A stretch of DNA of 53,711 bases from a virus. Its lineage: Duplodnaviria > Caudoviricetes. A model generated the notes under the pieces. The model had not been told where the DNA came from, made no database searches, and saw only the letters and a list, made by a program, of their open reading frames with translations. Made by a program: the position numbers and the translations under genes. Shown here piece by piece: positions 19,281 to 29,233 of the stretch (position 1 is its first letter; each line of letters begins with the position of its first letter). The stretch spans positions 1 to 53,711 of IMG/VR virus record IMGVR_UViG_3300017734_000008. The stretch is one strand, 5' to 3'.

Positions 19281-20143
19281 TGGGATCTATAGTATCAAGT
19301 ATATTTGGTGGAGGCGGTAGTAATGCACCTGCCCCAGCTTCAAGTGGAAATCAATTTACTCAATCTGTAATTAGAGAAGCTCCAGGTATCGAAGAACGAA
19401 AAATAGAATTAATGGATTTAGCTCGTGGTGTTGCGGGAAAACCAGTAGCAATACCTGCTATGCAGGTTGCACCTTTTAGTGCTTTAGAGCAACAAGGATT
19501 CACAGCAGCAGGAACAACAGGAGTAGGTCAACCAACAGTAACATCGGGCATCGGACAACTACTTGCTGCACAAACACCAAACATAAATCAATTTTTAAAT
19601 CCTTATCAATCATATGTAGTAGATGAAATTAATAGACAAGCAGCACAAGCTCAAAATAGATTATCAGCAAGTGCAGTATCGTCAGGAGCTTTTGGTGGAG
19701 GTAGAGAGGGAGTTGCACAAGCAGAATTAGAAAGAGCTAGATTAGGTCAAGTTGGTTTAGCTCAACAAAGAGGTTTTGGTCAAGCGTTAACTGCTGCTCA
19801 ACAACAGCAACAAATGCAAGGCAATATAGGAACTCAACTGGCAAACATTGGTCAAGGTCAGCAACAAATGGCACAAGCTGATTTAAATCAATTGTTACAA
19901 GCAGGTGGTTTACAAAGACAACTAGCTCAAACTACGTTAGATGCTGCTAGACAATCACAACTACAACAATCTTTTGAACCTTTTCAAAGAGCTGAATTTT
20001 TATCTAATGTTTATGCTGCTGGACCTAAATCACAATCTTCATTAACAGCTGCAACTACACCTCAGACTAGCCCATTAGCTCAATCTATAGGAACTGGTAT
20101 CGGAGCATTCCAAGCATTCCAAGGTATGCAGGGAGGGAAGTAA
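19280..20143 (+). CDS. Gln/Ala/Gly-rich DNA ejection (pilot) protein
   Basis: NPYQ..V, GAFGG.R motifs. Confidence 0.7.
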   Translation: MGSIVSSIFGGGGSNAPAPASSGNQFTQSVIREAPGIEERKIELMDLARGVAGKPVAIPAMQVAPFSALEQQGFTAAGTTGVGQPTVTSGIGQLLAAQTPNINQFLNPYQSYVVDEINRQAAQAQNRLSASAVSSGAFGGGREGVAQAELERARLGQVGLAQQRGFGQALTAAQQQQQMQGNIGTQLANIGQGQQQMAQADLNQLLQAGGLQRQLAQTTLDAARQSQLQQSFEPFQRAEFLSNVYAAGPKSQSSLTAATTPQTSPLAQSIGTGIGAFQAFQGMQGGK

Positions 20144-22440
20144 TGTCCCTAAATAAAGTTTTAAATAGACCATTATTTAGAAAACAAGCTTTAAAAAAAG
20201 GTGCATTAAAACCTATTAAAGCAGCAAATGGAGAAATGATCGGTCCTATGCCTCCTAATTTAAGACAAAGATTTACTAACACAATGTCTTCAGGTATAGG
20301 CGCATTAAAAAATTTTGGTAAAGATGCATTAAGAACTGGACCAGGTGGCGTTGCTGTTTATGGTGGATTAGAAGCTATTGATCCGAGACTAGCAGCTGGA
20401 GTTGGTGCAGGAGAATTAAGTTTATTAGGTGCTCGTTTTATTCCTGGTGCTAAACAAGCAGTAAATAGAATTTCAAGATTCACTCCTTTTGGTATGCTAA
20501 GTAACATGCCATTTAAAAGAGCTACTGGAATAGGTTTAGCTACATTAGCTGGCGGTAAAATGATTCAAGGTTTTAAGAATCGTAATAGAGAAAGAGAGTT
20601 TGTTAAAGAATATGCAAAAAGAAATAATTTAGATGTTGATGAAACGTTATCATTATACGAAAGAGATCTACCAGGACTTACTAGAGGTTTTAGTGGATTA
20701 AGAACATCTGATTTAGCAAAAGCTACTACTATAGCATCACAAGATTTTAAAACTGCTGCTACTCCATTGACTGAAGAGCAGAAAGAAAAAATAGGAAACA
20801 TAAATAAATTTATTGAAAAAAGATATAACTACCAAGATTTAGATTCTTTAGCGCAAGACACAAAAAAAGCTAAAACTGTTTTGGATGAAGGTGTGAGAGT
20901 AGACGAGACATTAACCTCTGATCCTGACTCTGAAATGGCAATATTAGATGAGGCACAAAGAAAAGAACAAACTAATTTAGAGGACACAAGAAATAAAGCA
21001 GCAATACTTACGGGACAATTGATGAGTAAATTTAATATTACTGATCAACTCAAAGCTTTGAATATAGCCTCTGCTATGACAGATGGTTTAATCTCAGAAG
21101 GTCAAGTGCAAACAGTGTTAGATAATCCAGATGAATATGGAAAGATACCAAACAAATCTAATGATCCTAACCATCCAACAGCTGTGGCTGATAAACCTGA
21201 GACTATACAAGACGCTAAAGAAGACCCTAATGTTACATTATCAAAAACTTTGGGCGTAGAAACTGAACAAAGCACACCATCAGGCGATAAAGAAATTGAT
21301 TTAGGTAAAAAGTTTTTAGTAGATTTACAAAATCCGAGAGAGACTGAAGTTAATCCTAAAAGTTATTTTTTAACAAAATTAGCTCTAGGTTTGATTTCAG
21401 GAAAAACAAATAAAAGAGGATTGGCAGGAGCTGTAGAAATAGCTGCAACAGTTATGGGACCTGCGTTTGATGGAGCTATTGCTTTAAAAATGAAAAACGA
21501 TGAAAATTATAGAGATTTTGTAACTGCAGCTACAGATAGAAACATAAAATTGTATGAAATGTTTAATAAAGATAGAAAACAAGGTAAGTTTGATAACGGA
21601 TCTATCTTAATAAATGGAATATATTATGAAGCTAAACAAGATAGAGACACAGGTAATTATTTTGTTGTTGATGAACAAAATAATTTGAGACCTGTAAATC
21701 AAAATGCAGGTACATTCTACAAAAGAACGATAGATAAAAATTATTTTGATCAAGTAAAACTTTTATCTGATGGATATATTTCTCAAGATATCTTAGAAGA
21801 TTCAATAAAATTATTCAAAGACCCACAAATCGGAAGCAAAGTAAAAGGTCCTGCTGCTATAATTTTAAGTGCTGCTGATACATTGAAAGCTTTACCTAGT
21901 GCCGTAATTGAAGGAATCAAAGGAGCAGGTGGTGACTTTACAATGACAAATGTTGAAGATCCATTATCAGAAAAAGAATTTAGTAATTTACAAAAGAGAA
22001 CAGATAATGCTTTAAAAAAATTAGAAAAAGAGTTTCAAGCAGGTTTGGATGAGGGTAATGAAGCTGCAAAAGTATTAGGACAATTAGAAGTTAATGCAAG
22101 ATTCTTAACTTATTCATTAGCTAATGCTTTGAAAGAAAAAGACAGGTTAACAAACAGAGACTTACAACTTTTAGAAGAGCTTACAGAGTTCAGATTAATT
22201 AAAAACCCTGCTCGTATTCAAGAAAAATATGAAGAACTATTAAGAAGAGTTAAACAGAAGAATGCTGTTAGAAGAACTAGATTTGGAACTCTTGGTAATT
22301 CAGACATAGCAATTCAAAATATTATAGGACAAATATATAAAGCAACAAAAGCTGCGCCTAGAAAAAATGAGAAAACTGTAAAACCAAAATCAACTGAGGA
22401 TGCCTTTGATATTTTAATTCAAAAGGCAATACCAAACTAA
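20143..22440 (+). CDS. large internal virion / ejection protein
   Basis: 765 aa, helical; N-terminal LNRPLFR; position. Confidence 0.6.
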   Translation: MSLNKVLNRPLFRKQALKKGALKPIKAANGEMIGPMPPNLRQRFTNTMSSGIGALKNFGKDALRTGPGGVAVYGGLEAIDPRLAAGVGAGELSLLGARFIPGAKQAVNRISRFTPFGMLSNMPFKRATGIGLATLAGGKMIQGFKNRNREREFVKEYAKRNNLDVDETLSLYERDLPGLTRGFSGLRTSDLAKATTIASQDFKTAATPLTEEQKEKIGNINKFIEKRYNYQDLDSLAQDTKKAKTVLDEGVRVDETLTSDPDSEMAILDEAQRKEQTNLEDTRNKAAILTGQLMSKFNITDQLKALNIASAMTDGLISEGQVQTVLDNPDEYGKIPNKSNDPNHPTAVADKPETIQDAKEDPNVTLSKTLGVETEQSTPSGDKEIDLGKKFLVDLQNPRETEVNPKSYFLTKLALGLISGKTNKRGLAGAVEIAATVMGPAFDGAIALKMKNDENYRDFVTAATDRNIKLYEMFNKDRKQGKFDNGSILINGIYYEAKQDRDTGNYFVVDEQNNLRPVNQNAGTFYKRTIDKNYFDQVKLLSDGYISQDILEDSIKLFKDPQIGSKVKGPAAIILSAADTLKALPSAVIEGIKGAGGDFTMTNVEDPLSEKEFSNLQKRTDNALKKLEKEFQAGLDEGNEAAKVLGQLEVNARFLTYSLANALKEKDRLTNRDLQLLEELTEFRLIKNPARIQEKYEELLRRVKQKNAVRRTRFGTLGNSDIAIQNIIGQIYKATKAAPRKNEKTVKPKSTEDAFDILIQKAIPN

Positions 22441-25400
22441 TGGCTACTTTAAAACAACAACAATTCGCTGATAAAATTACTCAAGCGATTAAAGATAACA
22501 AATTTGCACCAGAAAATTTAAATGCAAATGAAAGAGAAGCTGTAGATGTTTTAATTAAAAATGGTGTAATTAAATCTGAGAAAAATGTTAATCAGATATT
22601 AGATGAAAGAAACAAAGCTAGAATAGATATTTCACAAGCCCAAACTGTTGCAAGAGATCCTCTTTCAGCTGCATTTGAATTAGACGATTCTAAAATACCT
22701 TTAGCTGATTCTATATTCACGGGTAGAACTACATCAGTTTTAGCTGGTGATGTGGGTGGAGCTGTAGCCTATCAATATTTTAATAAAGATAAAGTTCTTC
22801 AACAATACAAAGACCGAGGAAAATTAAAAACAAAAGGCATAAGATTTTTTGAAAATTTAGCAAATAAATTACCAGCAAGATTTAAATTTACAAAAGCTGC
22901 TGCCACAGCTGCAGCTAAATTAGGTGATACGTTTGCAGCAAGACCCATCACAAGAATAGCAAAAAGTCCTTTAGGTAGATTTGAAGTAGGAACAGCAGTA
23001 GCGGGTACAGCAGGCGCAGGTGTCGGAGATTTAGCTTATTCAGCTGCCGATGCTATTTTAGGAGAAGACATTTATAACGGTATCATGGAAGATTTATCAG
23101 AAATACCTTACAAACCACCTGAAAAATTAAATGCTGTAGAATCAGCTTTAGTCTCAGTGAAAAACGCTGCTTTATTTAATGCGGCAGCCACAGGTATTAC
23201 CCCTTTATTTATGGCATTAGGTAAAGGCTTAAATAAAATTTTTGGTACAACAGGTGCTGCGCAAAAAAAGTATGCAGAATTTGCTAGAGATAAAGGATTG
23301 GATGCTCCCTTACTTGGATTTTTAAGAGATGGTAGTTTGTCAGAACCAGCAAGAAATTTTTTTAAAACTATTGGTGTTTTCCCAGGTATCTCTCCGATAG
23401 CTGATAAAGCTTTACTTAAAACAGAACAAGCGACCTCTAAAGTATTTTTTGATAATGTAGAATCTATTGCTCCTGTTTATCACCAAGCTTTTTTAGGTCA
23501 AGAAGTAATAGATCAAATGAGAAAAGTGTACGCACAAAACGTAGCTGCGTATGATAAATTATACGATAACTTTTATAAAGCTGCAGATCTTGCTTTAGAT
23601 CCTGCTATTATGAGCACTGACAATATAGTCAAAGAGGCAGAATTATTTTTATCAAGAAGAAGTGCTGAAATACCAGATGCTTTCAAAGCGTTTCAGGAAG
23701 GTAATTCAGCAGCAGCACAAAAGTTATTAGAGGAGGGTGATCCATTAAATACATTCATGGCAATGACTGGCGCATTGAAAGGTAAAAACATTACTTTTAA
23801 ACAATTTAAATTCATGAATAAACTTTTAAACGATGTAGGAAACCAAACAAAATATTACGCTATGAACCAAGAATTTGGTGCTTTAAAAAACGCGTTAGAA
23901 TTAGATGTAGCTAGTTTTGGAAAAAATTTAAATGCTAATGCATTAATGAAAGATGAAAAATTTGCTCAGGCTGTTGCTGGAGCTGGTGGTCTTCGAAGTG
24001 CTGGTGGTAAACAACTTATAGATACGACAGTAAAAGCAGGAAATTCTTTGCTTACAAAAATGAAAAATGCAAATGAGGCTTTTTCTAGAACGATGAAACT
24101 TTATGATAATGAAGGTTATTTTTTAAAAAAAAAATTACAAAAAATAGATTCCAACGCTTTAACAGGTAAAGGTTTGATAAACTTTTTAGGTAGAACTAAT
24201 ATGCCGAAAGAAGATTTATTTAAAACATTTGAAGACGCTGTATTCACATCAAGATCTCCATCAGCATTACAAACTTATAAAAAAATGATTGGAGCACAAA
24301 AAGGTTTTGAGGGTTTTAGTGAAAAAGGTGTTAAATTATTTAAATCATCTTTTTCTAAATTTTTACATGACGCGTACATAGGATCTTTTGTTGGTAAACC
24401 ATTGCAAGGTGCGGTAGGTCAAGGACAAATTTCATTAGGTGTAATGGGTAAAATATTCAGAGGTGGTGATTTGTCTGTAAAACCTTTCACATCTGTAATG
24501 GATGATGCTAATCGTTTAGCAGAATTAACACAAGCAGGTGGATCTTACAGTACAAAAACAAGTGCAGATAATTTAGTAAACACAAAAAATTACAAATTTG
24601 GTCCTGATGATTTTAAAGAATTTGATGCCAATACGTTTATTGATACTCTAGGTATTGGAGCAACGAGACAAGCTCAATCTGCATCTCAGATGTTAGAAGA
24701 TGCATATTTCACAATTACAGGAAGCAGACAAGCAGCTAAAAGATCTGTACAAGATTTAAGAGATTTTGCTCAACATTTACAACTGATTTCAGATGTGCCA
24801 GTAACAAACTCATCTACTTTCATTCAAAGAAGATTACAATTATCTGGTATCGGAGGTTTGACAGGAGTAGCAATTGGTGCGGGAGCTGGAGCTGCTACTG
24901 ACAGCCCTTTAATAACATTTTTATCTCTTTTACTTGTAGGTAGATATGCTGGTAGAGTTTTAACTGATCCTCAATTACTAAGAGTTGTTAATGATACGTT
25001 GAGACCTCAAGAGATAGCCCAAATTGTTGGCACGAAGGTAACTCCAAAAGCAAAAATTTTACCTGCACAAAAAAGAGAAACATTTTTTAAAGCATTAAAT
25101 AAATTCTTTAATGATGACGATGATTTTATAAAAATTGATCCAAAACAAGTAGACTTTGAACAAATAACAAATTACTTGGACAGCAAAGCTGTATCCATAG
25201 ATACTCCTAATTATGGTCCTAATTTAGAAAATGTTCCTGAATCTACTGTTCTAGCTATGTATGATGAAGAGCTTACACAATTACCAAGTGAGAAACAAAA
25301 AGAAGAAGAGGTAGCTTTATATAACGGTATGGCTACGAGTATTGACCAAGCAAGAGATGCATTTGAAGATCCAAGAGATGACAGATCTCAAACAGAGGTT

Positions 25401-25538
25401 CCAAATTTACCATTACCACAAGTACCACAAATGACCACACAACCCACAGGACAGGTTAGTGCACAACAAGTTCAACAGTTATTCCCATTTGACACAACTG
25501 CTGCAGCTATAGCTCAAAGGAGACAGAATCGTGGCTAA
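22440..25538 (+). CDS. large internal virion / ejection protein
   Basis: 1032 aa, Ala-rich helical with hydrophobic Gly-rich segments. Confidence 0.62.
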   Translation: MATLKQQQFADKITQAIKDNKFAPENLNANEREAVDVLIKNGVIKSEKNVNQILDERNKARIDISQAQTVARDPLSAAFELDDSKIPLADSIFTGRTTSVLAGDVGGAVAYQYFNKDKVLQQYKDRGKLKTKGIRFFENLANKLPARFKFTKAAATAAAKLGDTFAARPITRIAKSPLGRFEVGTAVAGTAGAGVGDLAYSAADAILGEDIYNGIMEDLSEIPYKPPEKLNAVESALVSVKNAALFNAAATGITPLFMALGKGLNKIFGTTGAAQKKYAEFARDKGLDAPLLGFLRDGSLSEPARNFFKTIGVFPGISPIADKALLKTEQATSKVFFDNVESIAPVYHQAFLGQEVIDQMRKVYAQNVAAYDKLYDNFYKAADLALDPAIMSTDNIVKEAELFLSRRSAEIPDAFKAFQEGNSAAAQKLLEEGDPLNTFMAMTGALKGKNITFKQFKFMNKLLNDVGNQTKYYAMNQEFGALKNALELDVASFGKNLNANALMKDEKFAQAVAGAGGLRSAGGKQLIDTTVKAGNSLLTKMKNANEAFSRTMKLYDNEGYFLKKKLQKIDSNALTGKGLINFLGRTNMPKEDLFKTFEDAVFTSRSPSALQTYKKMIGAQKGFEGFSEKGVKLFKSSFSKFLHDAYIGSFVGKPLQGAVGQGQISLGVMGKIFRGGDLSVKPFTSVMDDANRLAELTQAGGSYSTKTSADNLVNTKNYKFGPDDFKEFDANTFIDTLGIGATRQAQSASQMLEDAYFTITGSRQAAKRSVQDLRDFAQHLQLISDVPVTNSSTFIQRRLQLSGIGGLTGVAIGAGAGAATDSPLITFLSLLLVGRYAGRVLTDPQLLRVVNDTLRPQEIAQIVGTKVTPKAKILPAQKRETFFKALNKFFNDDDDFIKIDPKQVDFEQITNYLDSKAVSIDTPNYGPNLENVPESTVLAMYDEELTQLPSEKQKEEEVALYNGMATSIDQARDAFEDPRDDRSQTEVPNLPLPQVPQMTTQPTGQVSAQQVQQLFPFDTTAAAIAQRRQNRG

Positions 25539-25731
25539 CGGAAAAACTCCTAAAACAACTGGTGAGCATATTATTGCTTTATACGGACACATATCTGGTC
25601 TAAAAAAACAACAAGACCATATGCATAAAGGACTGGATGATGTAAGACAGAAAGTAAACTGGTTCTTTGTTGCATTAGTTGGTGGTATGGGTGCAATTAT
25701 TTTGACTTTGGTAAATTTATTAGCTAATTAG
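25531..25731 (+). CDS. small coiled-coil + C-terminal TM protein
   Basis: WFFVALVGGMGAIILTLV. Confidence 0.7.
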   Translation: MANGKTPKTTGEHIIALYGHISGLKKQQDHMHKGLDDVRQKVNWFFVALVGGMGAIILTLVNLLAN

Positions 25732-25735
25732 TGTA

Positions 25736-26410
25736 ATGTCACTAATTAAAATAAACAAAAAATATTCTTATAAAAAACATAACAGATTTCAATCAGAGAC
25801 AGGAAGAAAGTATTTGGTTGATGAAGCTCCTGTACCAAGTGTAACAACAATTTTATCTGCTACAAAAGACAGAAAGTTTTTAGATGATTGGAGAAGAAGA
25901 GTTGGTCATCAAGAAGCTGACAGAATTATGAATAATGCATCTACAGTAGGTACTGAAATGCATCGAGTCCTTGAGTATTATTATAATGGTGAAAAATACT
26001 TTAATGAAACTCAAGAAGGAATTAAACCTAGAAAAATGGCTGAAGTCATAAAGGATTCTTTAAGAATAGACGAGGTATGGGGTAATGAGGTTTCATTAGC
26101 TTATAAAAAAGAATACGCAGGAACTACAGATCTAGTAGCTATGGCATATGGAAAACCATCAATAGTTGATTTTAAACAATCCAATAAACCAAAAAGGGAA
26201 GAATGGGTAGAAGACTATAAATGTCAGCTAGGTGCCTATTATTTAGCCCATAAAACGCATTACGGGCCCATAGAGCAGGGTGTAGTGGCTATTGCGACCC
26301 GAGACCTGCAATACCAAGAATTCAAGCTCTCAGAGCCTGTATTACACGAATACGCTGATAAATTCCTTGAGAGATTAGAGCAGTATAAAAAAGCAATGGT
26401 AAAAGGTTAA
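25736..26410 (+). CDS. PD-(D/E)XK exonuclease
   Basis: PSVTTIL, GT.MH, AGTTD, DFK, QL.AY. Confidence 0.88.
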   Translation: MSLIKINKKYSYKKHNRFQSETGRKYLVDEAPVPSVTTILSATKDRKFLDDWRRRVGHQEADRIMNNASTVGTEMHRVLEYYYNGEKYFNETQEGIKPRKMAEVIKDSLRIDEVWGNEVSLAYKKEYAGTTDLVAMAYGKPSIVDFKQSNKPKREEWVEDYKCQLGAYYLAHKTHYGPIEQGVVAIATRDLQYQEFKLSEPVLHEYADKFLERLEQYKKAMVKG

Positions 26411-27840
26411 AGTAGCCAATCTTTGGCTTTGTCACCTAAAGTTTTAGCAGATAGTTGAATCTTCTTCTTAAGAGCTTGGACGATTCGCTCGTCAATTGTG
26501 TCTTTTGCTATAATATCTATATAGACTACATTTTTAGTTTGTCCGATTCTATGAGCACGATCTTCAGATTGTAAACGAACTTCTAAATTATAATTGTTAG
26601 AATAATAAATTACATACTTTGCAGCAGTCAAAGTTAATCCATAACCACCTGTAGTAGGATTACCAACAAAGAATCTACATTTAGAATCTTTTTGAAAACG
26701 GTCAACGGCAACCATTCTATCTTGTTGTGATACTTCACCAAAAATAGATACTACAGATTCGCTTCCATATTTTTCACTTAGCTTTCCTATTATTTCATGT
26801 ATGTTATGAACATATGTTGCCCATATAATAACCTTCTGATCTGTTTCTTCTAATATCTCAAGCAGGGCTTTTAGTTTTTCATTATCAAATTGTATTATTT
26901 CACCATCATCACTTTTACAATACCCATTTGCAACTTGATGTAGTCTAAGTATTTCTGTCAATTGATTATGAACTGATATTGTTTCATTCTCAAATTTAGC
27001 TAATGCCTCTATCTTAAGTCTTTGATAAACTCTTCTTTGCTCGCCTGAAATCTCTATCTCTCTTTTTTGATAAATCTTTTCAGGAATATCTAGACACTCA
27101 TCTTTAGTCAATCTTAATGAAAAATCTTTAAGCTTTTGTTCTAACTCATCCAAATTAGTAAATCCGTCAGGCACCATAATAGCTTCACCTCTTGCTACAT
27201 AGACCTCATCAAAGGTGCAGTATCTATTCCTAAAAGCATAAAAGCTTTTAAATCCTAATAATGCTGGATCAAGGAAAGCACATTGTGTATAAAGATCTAA
27301 TGGAGATTTTGTTACTGGTGATCCTGTTAATATACGCCTCATACGCGCTCGCCATCTTAATGCTAAAATGTTTTTTGTTCGTTTTGCTTTTGGGTTTTTT
27401 ATGGTCGTGGATTCATCAATTACCATTATATTATTTGGCTGGTTAATTAAAAATCTATTACATTCATCCAATCCTTTTTTTGTAGACAACGCTTCTACAT
27501 TGATTAAAAAAAACTTTAATTTATTTTTTTCAGTTAAAAATTTTTTATATTGTTTTGGTTTATCAACTTTCCACGCAAACACAGATCTATCAATCTCTGT
27601 GGGTAAATGTGTGTCTATCTCATTTCGCCAAACTGTATAAACAGATTTTGGGGCAACAATAAGCGCAGCATCTATACGTTTTTTTAAAAATAGGTAACCA
27701 ATGTTGTCTATTGTAGTTTTAGTTTTACCCGTTCCCATCTCCATAAACAATGCATAAGTAGTTCTATCAGCTGATTCGGCTAATGCTTGTCTTTGATGTT
27801 CATAGGGTTTCGTCTTATAGGGGTATTTCCATTCAGCCAT
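26407..27840 (-). CDS. SNF2-family (SF2) helicase
   Basis: MEMGTGKT, DES, LTGSP, QSEDRAHRIGQ; start taken at MAEW. Confidence 0.92.
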   Translation of the reverse strand: MAEWKYPYKTKPYEHQRQALAESADRTTYALFMEMGTGKTKTTIDNIGYLFLKKRIDAALIVAPKSVYTVWRNEIDTHLPTEIDRSVFAWKVDKPKQYKKFLTEKNKLKFFLINVEALSTKKGLDECNRFLINQPNNIMVIDESTTIKNPKAKRTKNILALRWRARMRRILTGSPVTKSPLDLYTQCAFLDPALLGFKSFYAFRNRYCTFDEVYVARGEAIMVPDGFTNLDELEQKLKDFSLRLTKDECLDIPEKIYQKREIEISGEQRRVYQRLKIEALAKFENETISVHNQLTEILRLHQVANGYCKSDDGEIIQFDNEKLKALLEILEETDQKVIIWATYVHNIHEIIGKLSEKYGSESVVSIFGEVSQQDRMVAVDRFQKDSKCRFFVGNPTTGGYGLTLTAAKYVIYYSNNYNLEVRLQSEDRAHRIGQTKNVVYIDIIAKDTIDERIVQALKKKIQLSAKTLGDKAKDWLL

Positions 27841-27867
27841 ATCCAAATAACTTGTATATTTTTCTAT

Positions 27868-27895
27868 TTGACTTTGCAAGAGGAAAGTCTATAAA
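27868..27895 (+). promoter_or_regulatory. sigma70-type promoter of replication operon, overlapping a divergent helicase promoter
   Basis: TTGACT-16 bp-TATAAA. Confidence 0.65.
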
Positions 27896-27906
27896 CCGAA
27901 TTAGAT

Positions 27907-28449
27907 ATGGATATCGAAAAGTTTTCAAATTTAGAAGTTGATACTGCAAGCACGAAATCAATCTCAGATGCTTGTAATGAAATGAAAAAACTTGAAAATG
28001 AAATAGACCAAGCTGAGGAAGTTCTTTCTCTCAAAAAAGCTAAATACAAAGATTATCAGGAACGAAAAATACCAGAGCTTATGCAAGAAGCTGGTGTGAA
28101 CGCAATCAAACTTGCTGATGGTACGCAAGTTGAAGTTAAACCATTTTATGGTGCAAGAATACCTGAAAGTCGTACCGATGAAGCTTTTAGTTGGCTTCGA
28201 GATAAGGGTTTTGGAGATTTAATAAAGAATACAGTCACTACAACTTTTAACAGAGGACAAGACAATCAAGTTGCAGAATTAGTAAAGGTTTGCGAAAACT
28301 TTGGTTTTAAATATTTGCAAAAGCAAAAGGTAGAACCAATGACTTTAAAAGCATTTGCTAAAGAACAAGTTGAAAAAGGAAAGGAACTCCCGTTTGATTT
28401 ATTTGGTATCTATATTGCAAATAAAGCAAAACTAAAAACGAAGGAGTAA
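27907..28449 (+). CDS. conserved phage replication-module protein
   Basis: IPE.M...AF.WLR..G.GDLIKN...VEPMTLKAF. Confidence 0.8.
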   Translation: MDIEKFSNLEVDTASTKSISDACNEMKKLENEIDQAEEVLSLKKAKYKDYQERKIPELMQEAGVNAIKLADGTQVEVKPFYGARIPESRTDEAFSWLRDKGFGDLIKNTVTTTFNRGQDNQVAELVKVCENFGFKYLQKQKVEPMTLKAFAKEQVEKGKELPFDLFGIYIANKAKLKTKE

Positions 28450-28451
28450 AC

Positions 28452-29231
28452 ATGTCTAACGCGAAAGACGTAGCTACAAAAAAGAAAAACGAAGTAGCAA
28501 CAATCGACATCGAAAAATTTGCAGATCAAGGTTTTGAAAACATTGATAGCAAATCATTGCAGTTACCATTTCTTAAAATCTTAGGACAGTTATCACCGCA
28601 AGTGACAGCTGGGGATTCTAAATATATTGATGCTGCTAAACCAGGAATGATCTATAATACTGTTACAGATAAACTCTATGATGGTAATGAAGGCATGCTG
28701 GTAATACCTGCTTATTACAAATTTGAATACATTGAATGGGCAGACAGAGGACAAGAAGGTAGTAATGCACCTAGAAATATCTATCCAGCTGACAGCGATA
28801 TCATGTCTAAAACAAATAGAGGTGATGACGGCAAAGATAGATTGGAATCTGGTAACTACATTGAGGAGACAGCTTCTCATTTTGTAGTCGTAGTCGAAGA
28901 AAGTATGGCCAGCGAAGCATTAATCACAATGAAATCTACTCAAAGGAAAAAATCTAAAAAGTGGAATTCAATGATGAATATGATGCAAGTGCCTAAAAAA
29001 GACGGCAAAGGTTTCTTTAGACCTGCACCATTTACTCAACAATATAGACTAAAAACTGTGTTGGAGAAAAACCAATTAGGTTCTTGGTATGGTTGGGAAA
29101 TCACATCTGAAGGATTGGTTCAAGACGAAAGCTTAGTAAATAGAGCTTATAAGTTTAGACAATCTTTAATGAGTGGAAGTGTTAAAGTAAAACACGGCCA
29201 AGAAGAAGCATCAGAAAAAACTCCATTTTAA
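28452..29231 (+). CDS. putative ssDNA-binding protein
   Basis: LPFLK.L..LSP; acidic tail ending PF; placed before primase. Confidence 0.6.
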   Translation: MSNAKDVATKKKNEVATIDIEKFADQGFENIDSKSLQLPFLKILGQLSPQVTAGDSKYIDAAKPGMIYNTVTDKLYDGNEGMLVIPAYYKFEYIEWADRGQEGSNAPRNIYPADSDIMSKTNRGDDGKDRLESGNYIEETASHFVVVVEESMASEALITMKSTQRKKSKKWNSMMNMMQVPKKDGKGFFRPAPFTQQYRLKTVLEKNQLGSWYGWEITSEGLVQDESLVNRAYKFRQSLMSGSVKVKHGQEEASEKTPF

Positions 29232-29233
29232 AT

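Noticed and set aside
25736-26410. Cas4
   Set aside because: PD-(D/E)XK fold but no four-Cys cluster; an ordinary phage exonuclease.
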